Shown: positions 50,613 to 59,831 of the stretch, piece after piece
Layout of the letters: each line of letters begins with the position of its first letter
How positions within the stretch are numbered: the first letter of the stretch is position 1
DNA from: an uncultured cyanobacterium
Lineage (GTDB): Bacteria; Cyanobacteriota; Cyanobacteriia; Phormidesmidales; Phormidesmidaceae
NCBI GenBank assembly: GCA_963793265.1
Contig: CAWBZI010000002.1
Span: 800,001-864,000 of the forward strand
Direction of reading: 5' to 3'
Length of the DNA stretch: 64,000 nt
Notes under the pieces: model-generated
What the model was told of the DNA's origin: nothing
The model's input: the letters and a program-made list of their open reading frames with translations, nothing else
Database searches by the model: none
Made by a program: the position numbers and the translations under genes

Positions 50613-52232
50613 GTGACCGTACGTTCGCAGCAGGTGGAGAAGGGAAATTGGATGGGGCGCGATCGCCAGATAGCAGGTGTGATTGAAACTGCGCTCATTG
50701 TCACGTTCATCGTTTTAGGCATTGTCGGCATTTTGCACCATGAGCTGTGGCGCGACGAAACCCAGGCATGGCTGCTCGCACGCGACAGTTCTTCACCGCT
50801 CAATTTGTTGCGCAACTCAAAGTACGAAGGCCATCCGCTGCTGTGGCACTACTGCCTGTATGGGCTCAGCCGTATTAGCCATAGCCTGGTCATGATGCAG
50901 GGATTTAACCTGCTGCTAGCGGTGGGATCGGTGGTGCTAATCGTAAAGAGATCACCCTTTACGCTCCTGCAAAAAGGGCTGATAGTATTCGGCTATTTCA
51001 CCCTGTACGAATATTCCATGCTTGCCCGCAGCTATGGGCTGAGTATGTTTTTGGTCTTTCTGTTTTGCGCGCTCTACTGTCAGCGGCGACCTCTCTTTTG
51101 GGGGCTAACGGTGGCGCTGGCACTGCTGGCAAATACGAGTATCTTAGGCTTAAGCATGAGTTTAGCGCTGGCGATCGCCCTCTACTACCGCCTCACCTTA
51201 TCACCTGAACGCAAGGCGCTTGGAGCCCATTTGTTTGTCGTGATGGCTGCGTGGCTGGCCTCAGCCTTTCAGATTGGGCGATCGCTCCTACAGCCAATGG
51301 GCATAGAAGGCTTTGACGCCGATGCTAGAGCCGCCGCGGCTGGCCTGCCTACTGCGCAAGGGGCCGTACAGCACACCGCCGAATCTACGCTGATTGCAGG
51401 CAAGCTCGAAAACCTCGACAAGGTTCTACAAATTTTCCTCAAAGGCTTTTTACCCCTGCCCACCTTCAACTTTCACTTTTGGAACGAGCACCCGCTAGAG
51501 AACACGATGCTGCGAACCAGCGCTGGCCTATGGCTACTGCTGCTGAGCGCGCTATTAGTGGGCCTACTACTTCTCATCGTCTTTCAACTACTGCAAAAAA
51601 CGCCGCTTTTTCTCTCTATTTATGGGCTGGGTAGCTTGGCTATGCTCGGCCTGTTTATATTCGTACATCGGGGCACTACTCGCCACCACGGCCACCTGTT
51701 CATTCTGCTACTGGCCTGCCTGTGGCTTGCCCAGTGGTCGCGCCGCCACTTCGCCACAGAACGCACCAAAATATTCTCTCTCCTATTCACCGGGCTCCTT
51801 TTCGTCCAGGCATTCTCAGGCATCTATGCCTACACCGCCGACATTCTCTATCCATTTTCAGCCAGCTACCAAACCGCCCAAATCATCAAAACCAGCGACC
51901 TCAACGATCTGCCCATCATTGGCATCAATCAGCGTCCTGTTTCTCCTCTATCAGCCTACTTAGATCGTCCTATCTATTACCCTGAGGCCCGGCAGTTTGG
52001 CAGCTTTTGGGACATCTCGTATCCTGAATATAAAGAAGAGAGTTTGGTCGTGGAGGCAATTGAAGACTTTGCTGAAGACCATTCGAGCTTTTTGGCGGTG
52101 CTGACGGCTCCGGTGGATGTGGAGGATTTTGGTGCGATCACCCGCGCCAGCTACCTTACCTATGTGGGGCCGAGCATTGTCGAAGACGAAGCTTTCTACC
52201 TCTATCGAATAGATTCGATTAAGGCAGAATAA
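50613..52232 (+). CDS. Polytopic membrane protein, possibly a GT-C-fold glycosyltransferase
   Basis: First TM followed by HELWRDE; YEGHPLLW; ARSYGL; many TM helices. The ORF track's upstream extension overlaps the GT2 gene and is not credible. Confidence 0.7.
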   Translation: MTVRSQQVEKGNWMGRDRQIAGVIETALIVTFIVLGIVGILHHELWRDETQAWLLARDSSSPLNLLRNSKYEGHPLLWHYCLYGLSRISHSLVMMQGFNLLLAVGSVVLIVKRSPFTLLQKGLIVFGYFTLYEYSMLARSYGLSMFLVFLFCALYCQRRPLFWGLTVALALLANTSILGLSMSLALAIALYYRLTLSPERKALGAHLFVVMAAWLASAFQIGRSLLQPMGIEGFDADARAAAAGLPTAQGAVQHTAESTLIAGKLENLDKVLQIFLKGFLPLPTFNFHFWNEHPLENTMLRTSAGLWLLLLSALLVGLLLLIVFQLLQKTPLFLSIYGLGSLAMLGLFIFVHRGTTRHHGHLFILLLACLWLAQWSRRHFATERTKIFSLLFTGLLFVQAFSGIYAYTADILYPFSASYQTAQIIKTSDLNDLPIIGINQRPVSPLSAYLDRPIYYPEARQFGSFWDISYPEYKEESLVVEAIEDFAEDHSSFLAVLTAPVDVEDFGAITRASYLTYVGPSIVEDEAFYLYRIDSIKAE

Positions 52233-52241
52233 TCTTCTAAT

Positions 52242-52991
52242 TTATAGAGACTGAGCCCAGGTAAAGTCCTCAGTAGAAAGCGGTGGCTGAGGTTGGGTAG
52301 TATAGTCAATCCCAATATCTATGCCCGTTTCCTGACAGACGGTGTTGAGAGCACGGTGAAGATCGATAGTGGGTTCGGCGTCGCCTTTTGCTAGGGGCAG
52401 CGAAAATTGCGGCATGGTTTCACGGAGGTTGAAGGCATATCTTTCGGCGGTGGGGCGATCGCCTGCACGGCTTACAATAATCTGATAGTCGGCCTGCTGT
52501 CCGCCCTCAACGGGCATGGGTTTGCCTTTGCGAAGTAAGTCAATCTCGATAAAGTGAGTAGCGCTGCTTAAAACCGCCTGCCGTTTTTCAAGATACTTCT
52601 TACGACCTTCACCGCCGCGTTTGTTTGCAGGTGACAAGACCTCAATGACGGTGAGTACGCGCTTAGTGGCGACTTCTCTTATTTCCAGGTAGCGTTCGCT
52701 CACTTCCCAGGGCATTGGGAGGATAACTCGCTCTGGCTTTGTGGTGACGGCTACGGATGTTTGAGTTTTGTTTGGAGTGCGATCGCCTTGGGCATACACA
52801 GAAGCATCTGGAATGCCAACAGGCGTCGAGTCTATATATACTCTCGTTTCTACAGCAGCTCTATACTTCGGAAGAATCTGCGGATTAAGTGACCTGGCTA
52901 GCTCCACCATGAGCCAGGTATGAATCTCTGGCCATCGATAAGGACTTTCAAGATAAGGATTCATGCCTGGAAAAGGAGGAACGGTACTCAT
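52242..52991 (-). CDS. DUF4058-family protein
   Basis: PFPGMNPYLE, IEVLSPANK, HFIEIDLLR; start overlaps the Uma2 stop (ATGA). Confidence 0.88.
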   Translation of the reverse strand: MSTVPPFPGMNPYLESPYRWPEIHTWLMVELARSLNPQILPKYRAAVETRVYIDSTPVGIPDASVYAQGDRTPNKTQTSVAVTTKPERVILPMPWEVSERYLEIREVATKRVLTVIEVLSPANKRGGEGRKKYLEKRQAVLSSATHFIEIDLLRKGKPMPVEGGQQADYQIIVSRAGDRPTAERYAFNLRETMPQFSLPLAKGDAEPTIDLHRALNTVCQETGIDIGIDYTTQPQPPLSTEDFTWAQSL

Positions 52992-53665
52992 AATCCTAGA
53001 ATCTCCTTGGCTGATATCTCCCATTTCGGGAAAGCCATCGACGCTACCGGATCTTCGCCTCGCAGCCGAGTGACTTCATATTCTCCCTCTATTAGCTTAC
53101 ACACCGTCAGGGTCGGCTGCTTTGGCTTACCAATATGACGAAACCCACCCAGCCCCGCATAGTCTACAATCCAATACTCAGCGATCCCTACCGCTTCGTA
53201 GGCGGCTAGCTTCACCTCATAGTCGTCCTGCCAGTTGCCAGAAACCACTTCAACTACTAGCTTTACAGATGTTCCCTGCTCTACCGTAGAAGCCTTCTGC
53301 CATAAAGGTTCTTTCGCTAGCGCTTCTCTATCTAGCACTATCACATCTGGTTCATAGCCAGTGTCATCCTCCAGCTTGACGATGCATTCGCGGGGAATGA
53401 AATAGGGATAATTAGCACGCCGAATCTCTATCGCAAACTCATCATGAATGAATCCAGCCAGCTCGGAATGTTTTCCTTTGGGTTTTGGCACCTGATAAAT
53501 AACTCCATGACGTAGCTCGTAGCGGTACTCCGAATCGTCAGGATACCAGTCGATGAACTGCTCAAAACTCACTGGCTTTGGCAGCGGTGCTATGGGCACT
53601 ACCTTTTGTTCTATTGGCCGTTCAAATGCAGCAGTCATAAAAACCTGTCGCGCCGACTCATTCAC
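52988..53665 (-). CDS. Uma2-family endonuclease
   Basis: RYEL..G, YEPDVIV, VVEVVS.NWQDDY..K...YE..GI.EYWIVD. Confidence 0.92.
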   Translation of the reverse strand: MNESARQVFMTAAFERPIEQKVVPIAPLPKPVSFEQFIDWYPDDSEYRYELRHGVIYQVPKPKGKHSELAGFIHDEFAIEIRRANYPYFIPRECIVKLEDDTGYEPDVIVLDREALAKEPLWQKASTVEQGTSVKLVVEVVSGNWQDDYEVKLAAYEAVGIAEYWIVDYAGLGGFRHIGKPKQPTLTVCKLIEGEYEVTRLRGEDPVASMAFPKWEISAKEILGL

Positions 53666-53807
53666 ATTAGCATCGGTATGCCCTAGCGCGATCTTATACG
53701 GCGTGTGTGAAGAAGAGCCTTACTTGCTGGCGATGTAGCGTCCTAACTTATAGACGCTATAAAGCTGTAGTGCGTTATTGCGGACATAGAGTCATTTCTA
53801 TGAACAC

Positions 53808-54740
53808 GTGAAAGAAATGTCTTTATGCCTGTTTTCCACTATTCTCTCTTCTTTTATGTCTGATTTTATGTCGGTATTGCAACCTTATCTAAAAGAGACT
53901 GAGTGCGTTGAGCTAAACGAACAAGGGCTGCCCTCTCAGTCTATTTTGAGCTATTCGGCGGGGATGAGAGCGAATATTGAGTTTTTAGAGAATCCTGAGT
54001 GGCGACAGTATTATTTTGAATCACATCATCGGGCTGAGGTGTTTCGAGATCGGTGGATGGCGGTGACGGGGAGCTGGGATGGCAAGGTGGTGGTAGACAT
54101 AGGCTGCGGGCCGGGGAACGTGTATGCGACGATGGGGGGCGAGCCGGGGGTGATAATCGGCGTGGATATTTCACCGGGGGCGTTGCAGATGGCGACTGGG
54201 GTAGGCTATGTGCCTTTGCTGGCGGACGCGCATAATTTGCCGCTGGTGAGTGGGTTTGCAGATGTGGTGGTGATGAATGCGACGCTGCACCATTGTGATG
54301 ATATGGCGAGGGTGCTAGCAGAGGGTGCGCGGCTGGTGAAGCCTGGAGGCGTGCTGTTGACGGATCAAGATCCGCAGCGGTCGGCGTGGGAATTTAAGGG
54401 GATGGGGCTATGGATAAGGCAGGTTCGCTTTCCGCTGTATTGGCTGATGCGGAGCCCGCACTATTTGCCTGGTGTACATCGAACGGCGCGATATAGAACA
54501 GAAATTCATAATCAAAAGGCAGGGGATGGGCTGAGCCGAGAGATTTATGAACAGGTTTTAGAGAGAATGGGGTTTGAGTGGGCGCTGTATCCGCATAATC
54601 ATGATTTGGGGCGTGAGGTGCTGGCGGGAGCGTATGGCAGAGGATCGTGGCGCTACCGGCTGAGTCAACGGCTGTCGGGGATTGATGAGCGATCGGCGGC
54701 GGCGGCGCAGTCGTTTATGTGTGTGGCACGGGTTCGATAG
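53808..54740 (+). CDS. Class I SAM-dependent methyltransferase
   Basis: VVDIGCGPG, GVDIS, ADAHNLP, LHH, LVKPGG. The start may be ATG at 53856. Confidence 0.88.
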   Translation: MKEMSLCLFSTILSSFMSDFMSVLQPYLKETECVELNEQGLPSQSILSYSAGMRANIEFLENPEWRQYYFESHHRAEVFRDRWMAVTGSWDGKVVVDIGCGPGNVYATMGGEPGVIIGVDISPGALQMATGVGYVPLLADAHNLPLVSGFADVVVMNATLHHCDDMARVLAEGARLVKPGGVLLTDQDPQRSAWEFKGMGLWIRQVRFPLYWLMRSPHYLPGVHRTARYRTEIHNQKAGDGLSREIYEQVLERMGFEWALYPHNHDLGREVLAGAYGRGSWRYRLSQRLSGIDERSAAAAQSFMCVARVR

Positions 54741-54773
54741 AATGTAGCTGTTCACTACGCAGGTTTTTAAGCG

Positions 54774-55673
54774 ATGTCTGAGACTGACCTGAGTTTATCG
54801 GTGAGGCAACCTGAGGCAGAGGTAAGCGTGCTGGATCGCAGTGCACTGCCTACAATGTTTGATTTGCCGAGCGAGTATCCTGAGGAACCGGGTTTGCCAG
54901 ATGAGTTTCATGATATTCAGCCGCAGCTCCTAAGCCGCACACTAAGGTTGACTGACTACAGCCGCCAGAACTACTTTACGGCTTCTGATCTCAACATCTA
55001 TTACGACGTTGAGCATCCGCAGTGGCACAAGCGGTCGGATTGGTTTTTGGCGGTGGGGGTGCCTCGGATGTATGAGGGGCATATGTTGCGTAGCAGCTAT
55101 GTTACATGGCAGGAGGAGGCTGCGCCCTATGTGGTGGTGGAGTTTTTGTCGGCAGGGACAACTCGTGATGATTTGGGGCGCTTTTATGAGCCTGGCGGCT
55201 TGAAAAAAGCTGACTTGGGCAGGGACAAGCCGCCGGGGAAGCTGACGGTGTATGAACAGTATTTACGGGTGCCGCACTATATTGTGTATAGCCATCACAG
55301 CCAGCGGCTGCGGTATTTTCGGCTGGTGGACGGTTGCTATGAGGAGCAGAGGCTAGAGACAGGCAACTGTCGAATTTGGCTGGCAGATTTGAAGATTGGG
55401 CTGGGGCTGTGGGAAGGCGAGTTTGAAGAGGCTTATGGGCATTGGCTGCGGTGGTGCGATCGGGAAGGTGAATGGTATTTGACGGATACTGAGCGGGCGC
55501 AGCGGGCTGAGGAGCAGGAGAGGCTGGCTAAGGAACAGGAAAGGCTGGCTAAGGAACAGGCGCAGGTTCAGCTTTTGGCGGCGGCTCAAAATCTGTTGGC
55601 GACTGGGATGGATTTGGCGGCAGTGGTGGAACTGCTGGGGTTGTCGGCGGAGCAGCGGCAGCAGTTGGAGTAG
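54774..55673 (+). CDS. Uma2-family endonuclease with coiled-coil repeat and Rpn-like tail
   Basis: LPSEYPEEPGLPDEFH, VVEFLS; EQERLAK x2; AQNLLATGMD...LLGLS. Confidence 0.88.
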   Translation: MSETDLSLSVRQPEAEVSVLDRSALPTMFDLPSEYPEEPGLPDEFHDIQPQLLSRTLRLTDYSRQNYFTASDLNIYYDVEHPQWHKRSDWFLAVGVPRMYEGHMLRSSYVTWQEEAAPYVVVEFLSAGTTRDDLGRFYEPGGLKKADLGRDKPPGKLTVYEQYLRVPHYIVYSHHSQRLRYFRLVDGCYEEQRLETGNCRIWLADLKIGLGLWEGEFEEAYGHWLRWCDREGEWYLTDTERAQRAEEQERLAKEQERLAKEQAQVQLLAAAQNLLATGMDLAAVVELLGLSAEQRQQLE

Positions 55674-55746
55674 GGGGGATGAGTAGCGGGTGCTGGAGGG
55701 CGATCGCACGGCTCCAAAGTACGATCTCGCTTCGTCGTCTTTGTGC

Positions 55747-57295
55747 TTACTTTTGTGCCAACCAGCTCTCTAAGTCGTCAATAGATGAAAAGTTGAGCAG
55801 GGCGATCGCTAAAGACTCAATCTTCTCCGGGCTAAGTGCCTCAACAGCGCCACTCAGGGGCTCTGGCAACGTGCCAAATTTTCCGACTAGCAAGCGCTGA
55901 AGGAGTACTCTTCCGCCTTCTTTCAGGCCACGCTCAAATCCAATTCGCTCAACGCTAGTTATATAGGGCACTCTTCGCGTCTCCTCGTAAGTTTTTAGCT
56001 CTGTCCAAAATGAACGGTCTAGACCTTTTGGCAACACCATTATCCAGTCTATAAACCGGAAAAGGTTTACGATGTCTGCTCTATTATATCCTTGCTCGTA
56101 AAGCCGCCGAATCAGCCTGAGCTTCCATTCTTTGCGGCTTTGCTTGTCTTTTTTGGTTTCTTGGGCTTTGAGATGCGTCATCACCACAACAGCAAACGGG
56201 TTGTCGCTGGCTTCTAACGCTGACCAGCGATCACGATAGTCTAGCAGCTTCACCATGCCGAAGCGGAAGGACAATGATGTGTCAGGGTAGTCGAAACCGT
56301 AGTGCTCGGGTCGCCAGCTTGCGTTGGCATCGCACAATATGGCCAGGCTGGTGGCTGGGCGACGAAAGATGTCGAAGATGCGCAGGTTATATAAGAACAT
56401 TCGCTCGGGAAATTTTGTTTCGCGAGCGGCTTGAACTTCAACGTGGACTAGAAGCCATAGTTCTTTACCTTGTTTGCGCTGCACCTTTACGAGCTGGTCG
56501 GCGAAGCGTCTGCCGGTTTCGGTATCGGGTGCAATTTGCTGGAATTGTAACTACTCAGGCTTAAATCTTTAAGTTGATTATAAGCGCTACGAAGGCAGAG
56601 CCGATAAGGTGTTAAGCGTCTTCATCAGTCAGACTTGAGTTGAGCAAGCGAGCGTCAAAAATCAATATCAGTGAAGCAGAGGTCAGAGCAGTCTACCGCC
56701 AAGGCGAGGCCGCGGTTGTCGAGCTAGTGAGCGCACTGGTGGAGCGGCTAGCAGATGTAGAGGCGCGGTTAGAGAAGCTAGAGAATAACCAGAAGAAGAC
56801 TAGTCGCAACAGCAGCAAGCCACCGTCAGGCGATGGCTTTGGCAAACGGACGAAGAGTCTGAGAAAAAAGAGTGAGCGTTCCAGCGGTGGGCAAAAAGGT
56901 CATCCGGGCAGCACGCTCGAATGGTGCGAACAGGTCGATGCGGTGGTCACTCATGAGGTAAACGAATGTTTTGAGTGCGGCACATCACTATCCTCGGTGA
57001 GCGCGGTAGAGCACAACCGGCGTCAGGTTCATGAGTTGCCCCGGTTGCGTTTGCAGGTTATCGAACACCAGGTGGAAGTAAAGTGCTGTCCGGCCTGTGC
57101 GGCGGTGAGCCGAGGCGCGTTCCCAGCTGATGTCACCGTTCGGGTGCAGTATGGCAGTGGCTTGCGAGGGCAATTCGGGGGGTTTGCGCCAGTCGATGAG
57201 GTGGCGGTGTGGGGGAAGAAGAAGGATATTGCTTCTTTGAAGTAGGTGCGGAGGATGAGCTTCCAGGGGCCATCTTGCGGGTCGTAAGCAGCCAT
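55747..57295 (-). pseudogene. Rpn/DUF4351-type PD-(D/E)XK protein, copy 1, interrupted by IS66
   Basis: The 5' part (57172-57295) and 3' part (55747-56546) are near-identical to 58230..59213. About 11 bp are missing at the junction and there is a 1-nt deletion near 57200. Confidence 0.88.
56547..57171 (+). mobile_element. Truncated IS66-family element (left end plus transposase N-terminus)
   Basis: Begins GTAACTACTCAG exactly where homology to the Rpn gene breaks. The ORF from 56640 has a leucine zipper, SRNSSKPPS.D, GGQKGH.G, a CxxC zinc ribbon and QYG. No right end. Confidence 0.88.
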
Positions 57296-57374
57296 CGTAG
57301 TCCTGGGGAGTGCGGCGGATAAGCAAGTGTACTATTAAACGGCTATGGCTTCGGGAAGCTTGAGGGCGCAGCGC

Positions 57375-57635
57375 TATGCTGGGTGACCTGGCAAACTGTG
57401 CTGGACAAATGCTTGCTCAGCAACTCGTGAGATTCATCTGCGCGAGAAAAGTGTGTCTATCAATGTGAAGCCGAATGATTTTAGGACGATTGGCTTCTTC
57501 AAAATGACATTGCACAGCGTCTAATATCATGGGTCTAAGCTCATTCAAGGTATCTGCCTGAGTGAAAATGATTCACCAAGCCCTTGCGGTATAACCTTCT
57601 TCAGGATCTATCAACTAAAAATACCACTCACTCAT
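57375..57635 (-). pseudogene. Decayed HicB-like antitoxin plus start of a HicA-like toxin
   Basis: Frame-hopping translation DPEEGYTARA..IFTQADTLNELRPMILDAVQCHFEEANRPKIIRLH. The downstream remnant from ATG 57437 is weak. Confidence 0.6.
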
Positions 57636-57699
57636 ATTAGTCACCTTGATTTAGGCATTTCTTCTACTCTGACCAACCGTCTAAATCATTAAAATTGTA

Positions 57700-57809
57700 G
57701 AACAGGTTTGTCGCGGTTGAGTGTCGGCTTTGCTGGTGTTTGTTTCTTGGGCTTTGAGGGTCATCACCACGACGGCGAAGGGGTTGTCGCTGGCTTCATA
57801 AGCAACCAT
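57700..57809 (-). pseudogene. Internally deleted third Rpn/DUF4351 copy
   Basis: ATGGTTGCTTA (MVAY) is fused directly to EASDNPFAVVVMT-LKAQET, with a similar upstream sequence. Confidence 0.8.
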
Positions 57810-57889
57810 TGTAGGGCTGGGGAGTACAGTCATGATTCGGAGTGTACTATTGAAGTAACTTATCCTGCGCTAATTGATTATGAAGGCTA

Positions 57890-58214
57890 ATGGGATAGCA
57901 AATCTTGCGAGGGCCTGAACATTTGTTAATTTGCAGACCTTGCTGCCGTTTAGGATATTTGTGACGACGTGTTTTTGGATTACACCTGTTTTCCATTAAG
58001 TAGGCTAGTACGTCTGCCCCTTCATTGGAATGAAGAGGGTGTTTTCGTAGGCTTGGATGACGATGCCTAGCGTGTCTAGCAATGAATAGAGTGGGTGCGC
58101 TTCGTTGGTGCCTACTTCGTCTAGCAGATCGTTTAGCCGGATGACGGCCTGGTCGTATTCGGTTTCGTTGCGGATAGTGAGGATGGGAGCCGCGTTTGGA
58201 TATCTAGTGAGCAT
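57890..58214 (-). pseudogene. HigA-like HTH antitoxin/regulator, frameshifted
   Basis: IRNETEYDQAV..LNDLLDEVG....HPLYSLLDTLG..I.AYE, then out-of-frame LME...VVTNILNG...VQALARF. Confidence 0.7.
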
Positions 58215-58229
58215 CGGTAATCCCCTGAG

Positions 58230-59213
58230 TTATCTAGCGTCTTTTTGTTGCGCTAGCCAGGTTTCTAAGTCTTCAATCGATGAAAAGTTGAGGAGGGCGA
58301 TCGCCAACGATTCTATGGCCTCCAGGCTAAGTGCTTCGACTGCGGTACTCAAATGCTCGGGCAATTCGCCGAACTTTCCAACTAGCTGACGCTGAAGCAG
58401 CGATCTACCTTCTGCTTGGCGACCTTCTTGTCGGCCTTCTTGTCGGCCTTCCTGCAAACCTCGCTCAAATCCGATGCGCTCAACGCTGGTGATGTAGGGC
58501 ACTTTTCGCGTCTCCTCGTAAGTTTTTAGCTCTGTCCAAAATGAACGCTCTAGATGCTTGGGTAGCACCATTACCCAGTCTATGAACCGGAATAGGTTTA
58601 CGATGTCTGCCCGATTATATCCCTTTTCGTAGAGTCGCCGAATGAGCGTGAGCTTCCATTCTTTGCGGCTTTGCTTGTCTTGTTTGGTTTCCTGGGCTTT
58701 GAGGTGGGTCATCACCACGACGGCGAAGGGGTTGTCGCTGGCTTCTAGTGCTGACCAGCGATTTTTGTAATCTAGCAGCTTCACCATACCGAAGCGAAAG
58801 GACAGTGACGTGTCAGGATAGTCGAAGCCATAGTGCTCGGGTCGCCAGCTTGCGTTGGTGTCGCACAGTATGGCCAGGCTTGTAGCTGGACGGCGGAAGA
58901 TGTCGAAGATGCGCAGGTTGTATAGAAACATTCGCTCGGGAAATTTTGTTTCGCGAGCGGCTTGAACTTCGACGTGGACTAGAAGCCATAGTTCTTTGCC
59001 TTGTTTGCGCTGCACCTTTACGAGCTGGTCGGCGAAGCGTCTGCCGGTTTCGGTGTCGGGTGCGATTTGTTGAAATTCTTTGTCTAGAAATTCGGGGGGT
59101 TTGCGCCAGTCGATGAGGTTGGCGGTGTGGGGGAAGAAGAAGGATATTGCTTCTTTGAAGTAGGTGCGGAGGATGAGCTTCCAGGGGCCATCTTGCGGGT
59201 CGTAAGCAACCAT
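58230..59213 (-). CDS. Rpn/DUF4351-type PD-(D/E)XK protein, intact copy
   Basis: YD..DGPWK, FLDKEFQQI, ADQLVKV, LVHVEVQ, PYITSVERIG, QEGR repeats, DUF4351-like tail (LALLNFSS..DL..WL). Confidence 0.9.
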   Translation of the reverse strand: MVAYDPQDGPWKLILRTYFKEAISFFFPHTANLIDWRKPPEFLDKEFQQIAPDTETGRRFADQLVKVQRKQGKELWLLVHVEVQAARETKFPERMFLYNLRIFDIFRRPATSLAILCDTNASWRPEHYGFDYPDTSLSFRFGMVKLLDYKNRWSALEASDNPFAVVVMTHLKAQETKQDKQSRKEWKLTLIRRLYEKGYNRADIVNLFRFIDWVMVLPKHLERSFWTELKTYEETRKVPYITSVERIGFERGLQEGRQEGRQEGRQAEGRSLLQRQLVGKFGELPEHLSTAVEALSLEAIESLAIALLNFSSIEDLETWLAQQKDAR

Positions 59214-59291
59214 TGTAGTCCTGGGGATTGCGGCATAATTCAAGCTGTACTAGTTAAACGGATATGGCTCTGGGAAGCGTTGGAGGCGGCG

Positions 59292-59603
59292 CTATACCTG
59301 TTTGCGTAGCAGGCTGATGACTTCTCCTGGTGTGGGAGGGAGCACTAGCGGGTCAGCGAGGGTGATTGCTCGGCTCCAAAGCAAGGTATCGGCGTAGCGT
59401 AGGGTGTGTAGCAGGTGGATGGTTTGGCGGACGGCTTCGGGGTGGCCTAGCAGGATGTGGCGGACGTACAGTTTGCCGTGGTCGGGGGCTGACGGTTCTA
59501 TTTGAAAGGGGTCGGGCGCTGTGGGCGGGGTTGTGTGGCGAAATGAAAGGCGATCGCGAGACGGGGCAGAGAGCAGATTGGCAGGCGTGAGGGTCGTTTT
59601 CAT
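59292..59603 (-). CDS. Small hypothetical protein, paralog of 27779..28129
   Basis: ATG at 59603; VRHILLGHPEAVRQTIHLLHTLRYADTLLWS...GEVISLLRKQV. Confidence 0.8.
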   Translation of the reverse strand: MKTTLTPANLLSAPSRDRLSFRHTTPPTAPDPFQIEPSAPDHGKLYVRHILLGHPEAVRQTIHLLHTLRYADTLLWSRAITLADPLVLPPTPGEVISLLRKQV

Positions 59604-59644
59604 GGCTTCTTCTGAGGGGTTCGGGGTGTCCGTGTAGCGAGGAA

Positions 59645-59825
59645 GCCCAGAAAAAATTAGCCACCCCAACTTGCCAAGAGTTAGGGTGGCTATGCAATGA
59701 TATGCATAACCTCCTATCTGCCTGTAACAGACTGGGGGCGAGTTGTCGGTATTGGCTGCGAACCAATGCCGACAACGGCTAATTTTTTCGAGGCGGGTTG
59801 GCAACTACGCCTGTGCGTAGCCCTA
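59645..59825 (-). ncRNA. Structured leader RNA, copy B
   Basis: 13-bp pairing 59777-59789/59650-59662; terminator-like stem 59658-59692 with U6 tract; same order of hairpins and same conserved linkers (CTCGCCCC, GAGGTTATG) as copy A. Confidence 0.7.
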
Positions 59826-59831
59826 AGCATC

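Noticed and set aside
53736..53759. Inverted repeat TAGCGTC-N10-GACGCTA between divergent genes
   Set aside because: Single occurrence with no candidate regulator; not enough evidence.
59604..59804. N-terminal extension of the 170-aa ORF
   Set aside because: Runs through the structured leader, has no counterpart in copy A, and ATG 59603 matches the paralog's layout.
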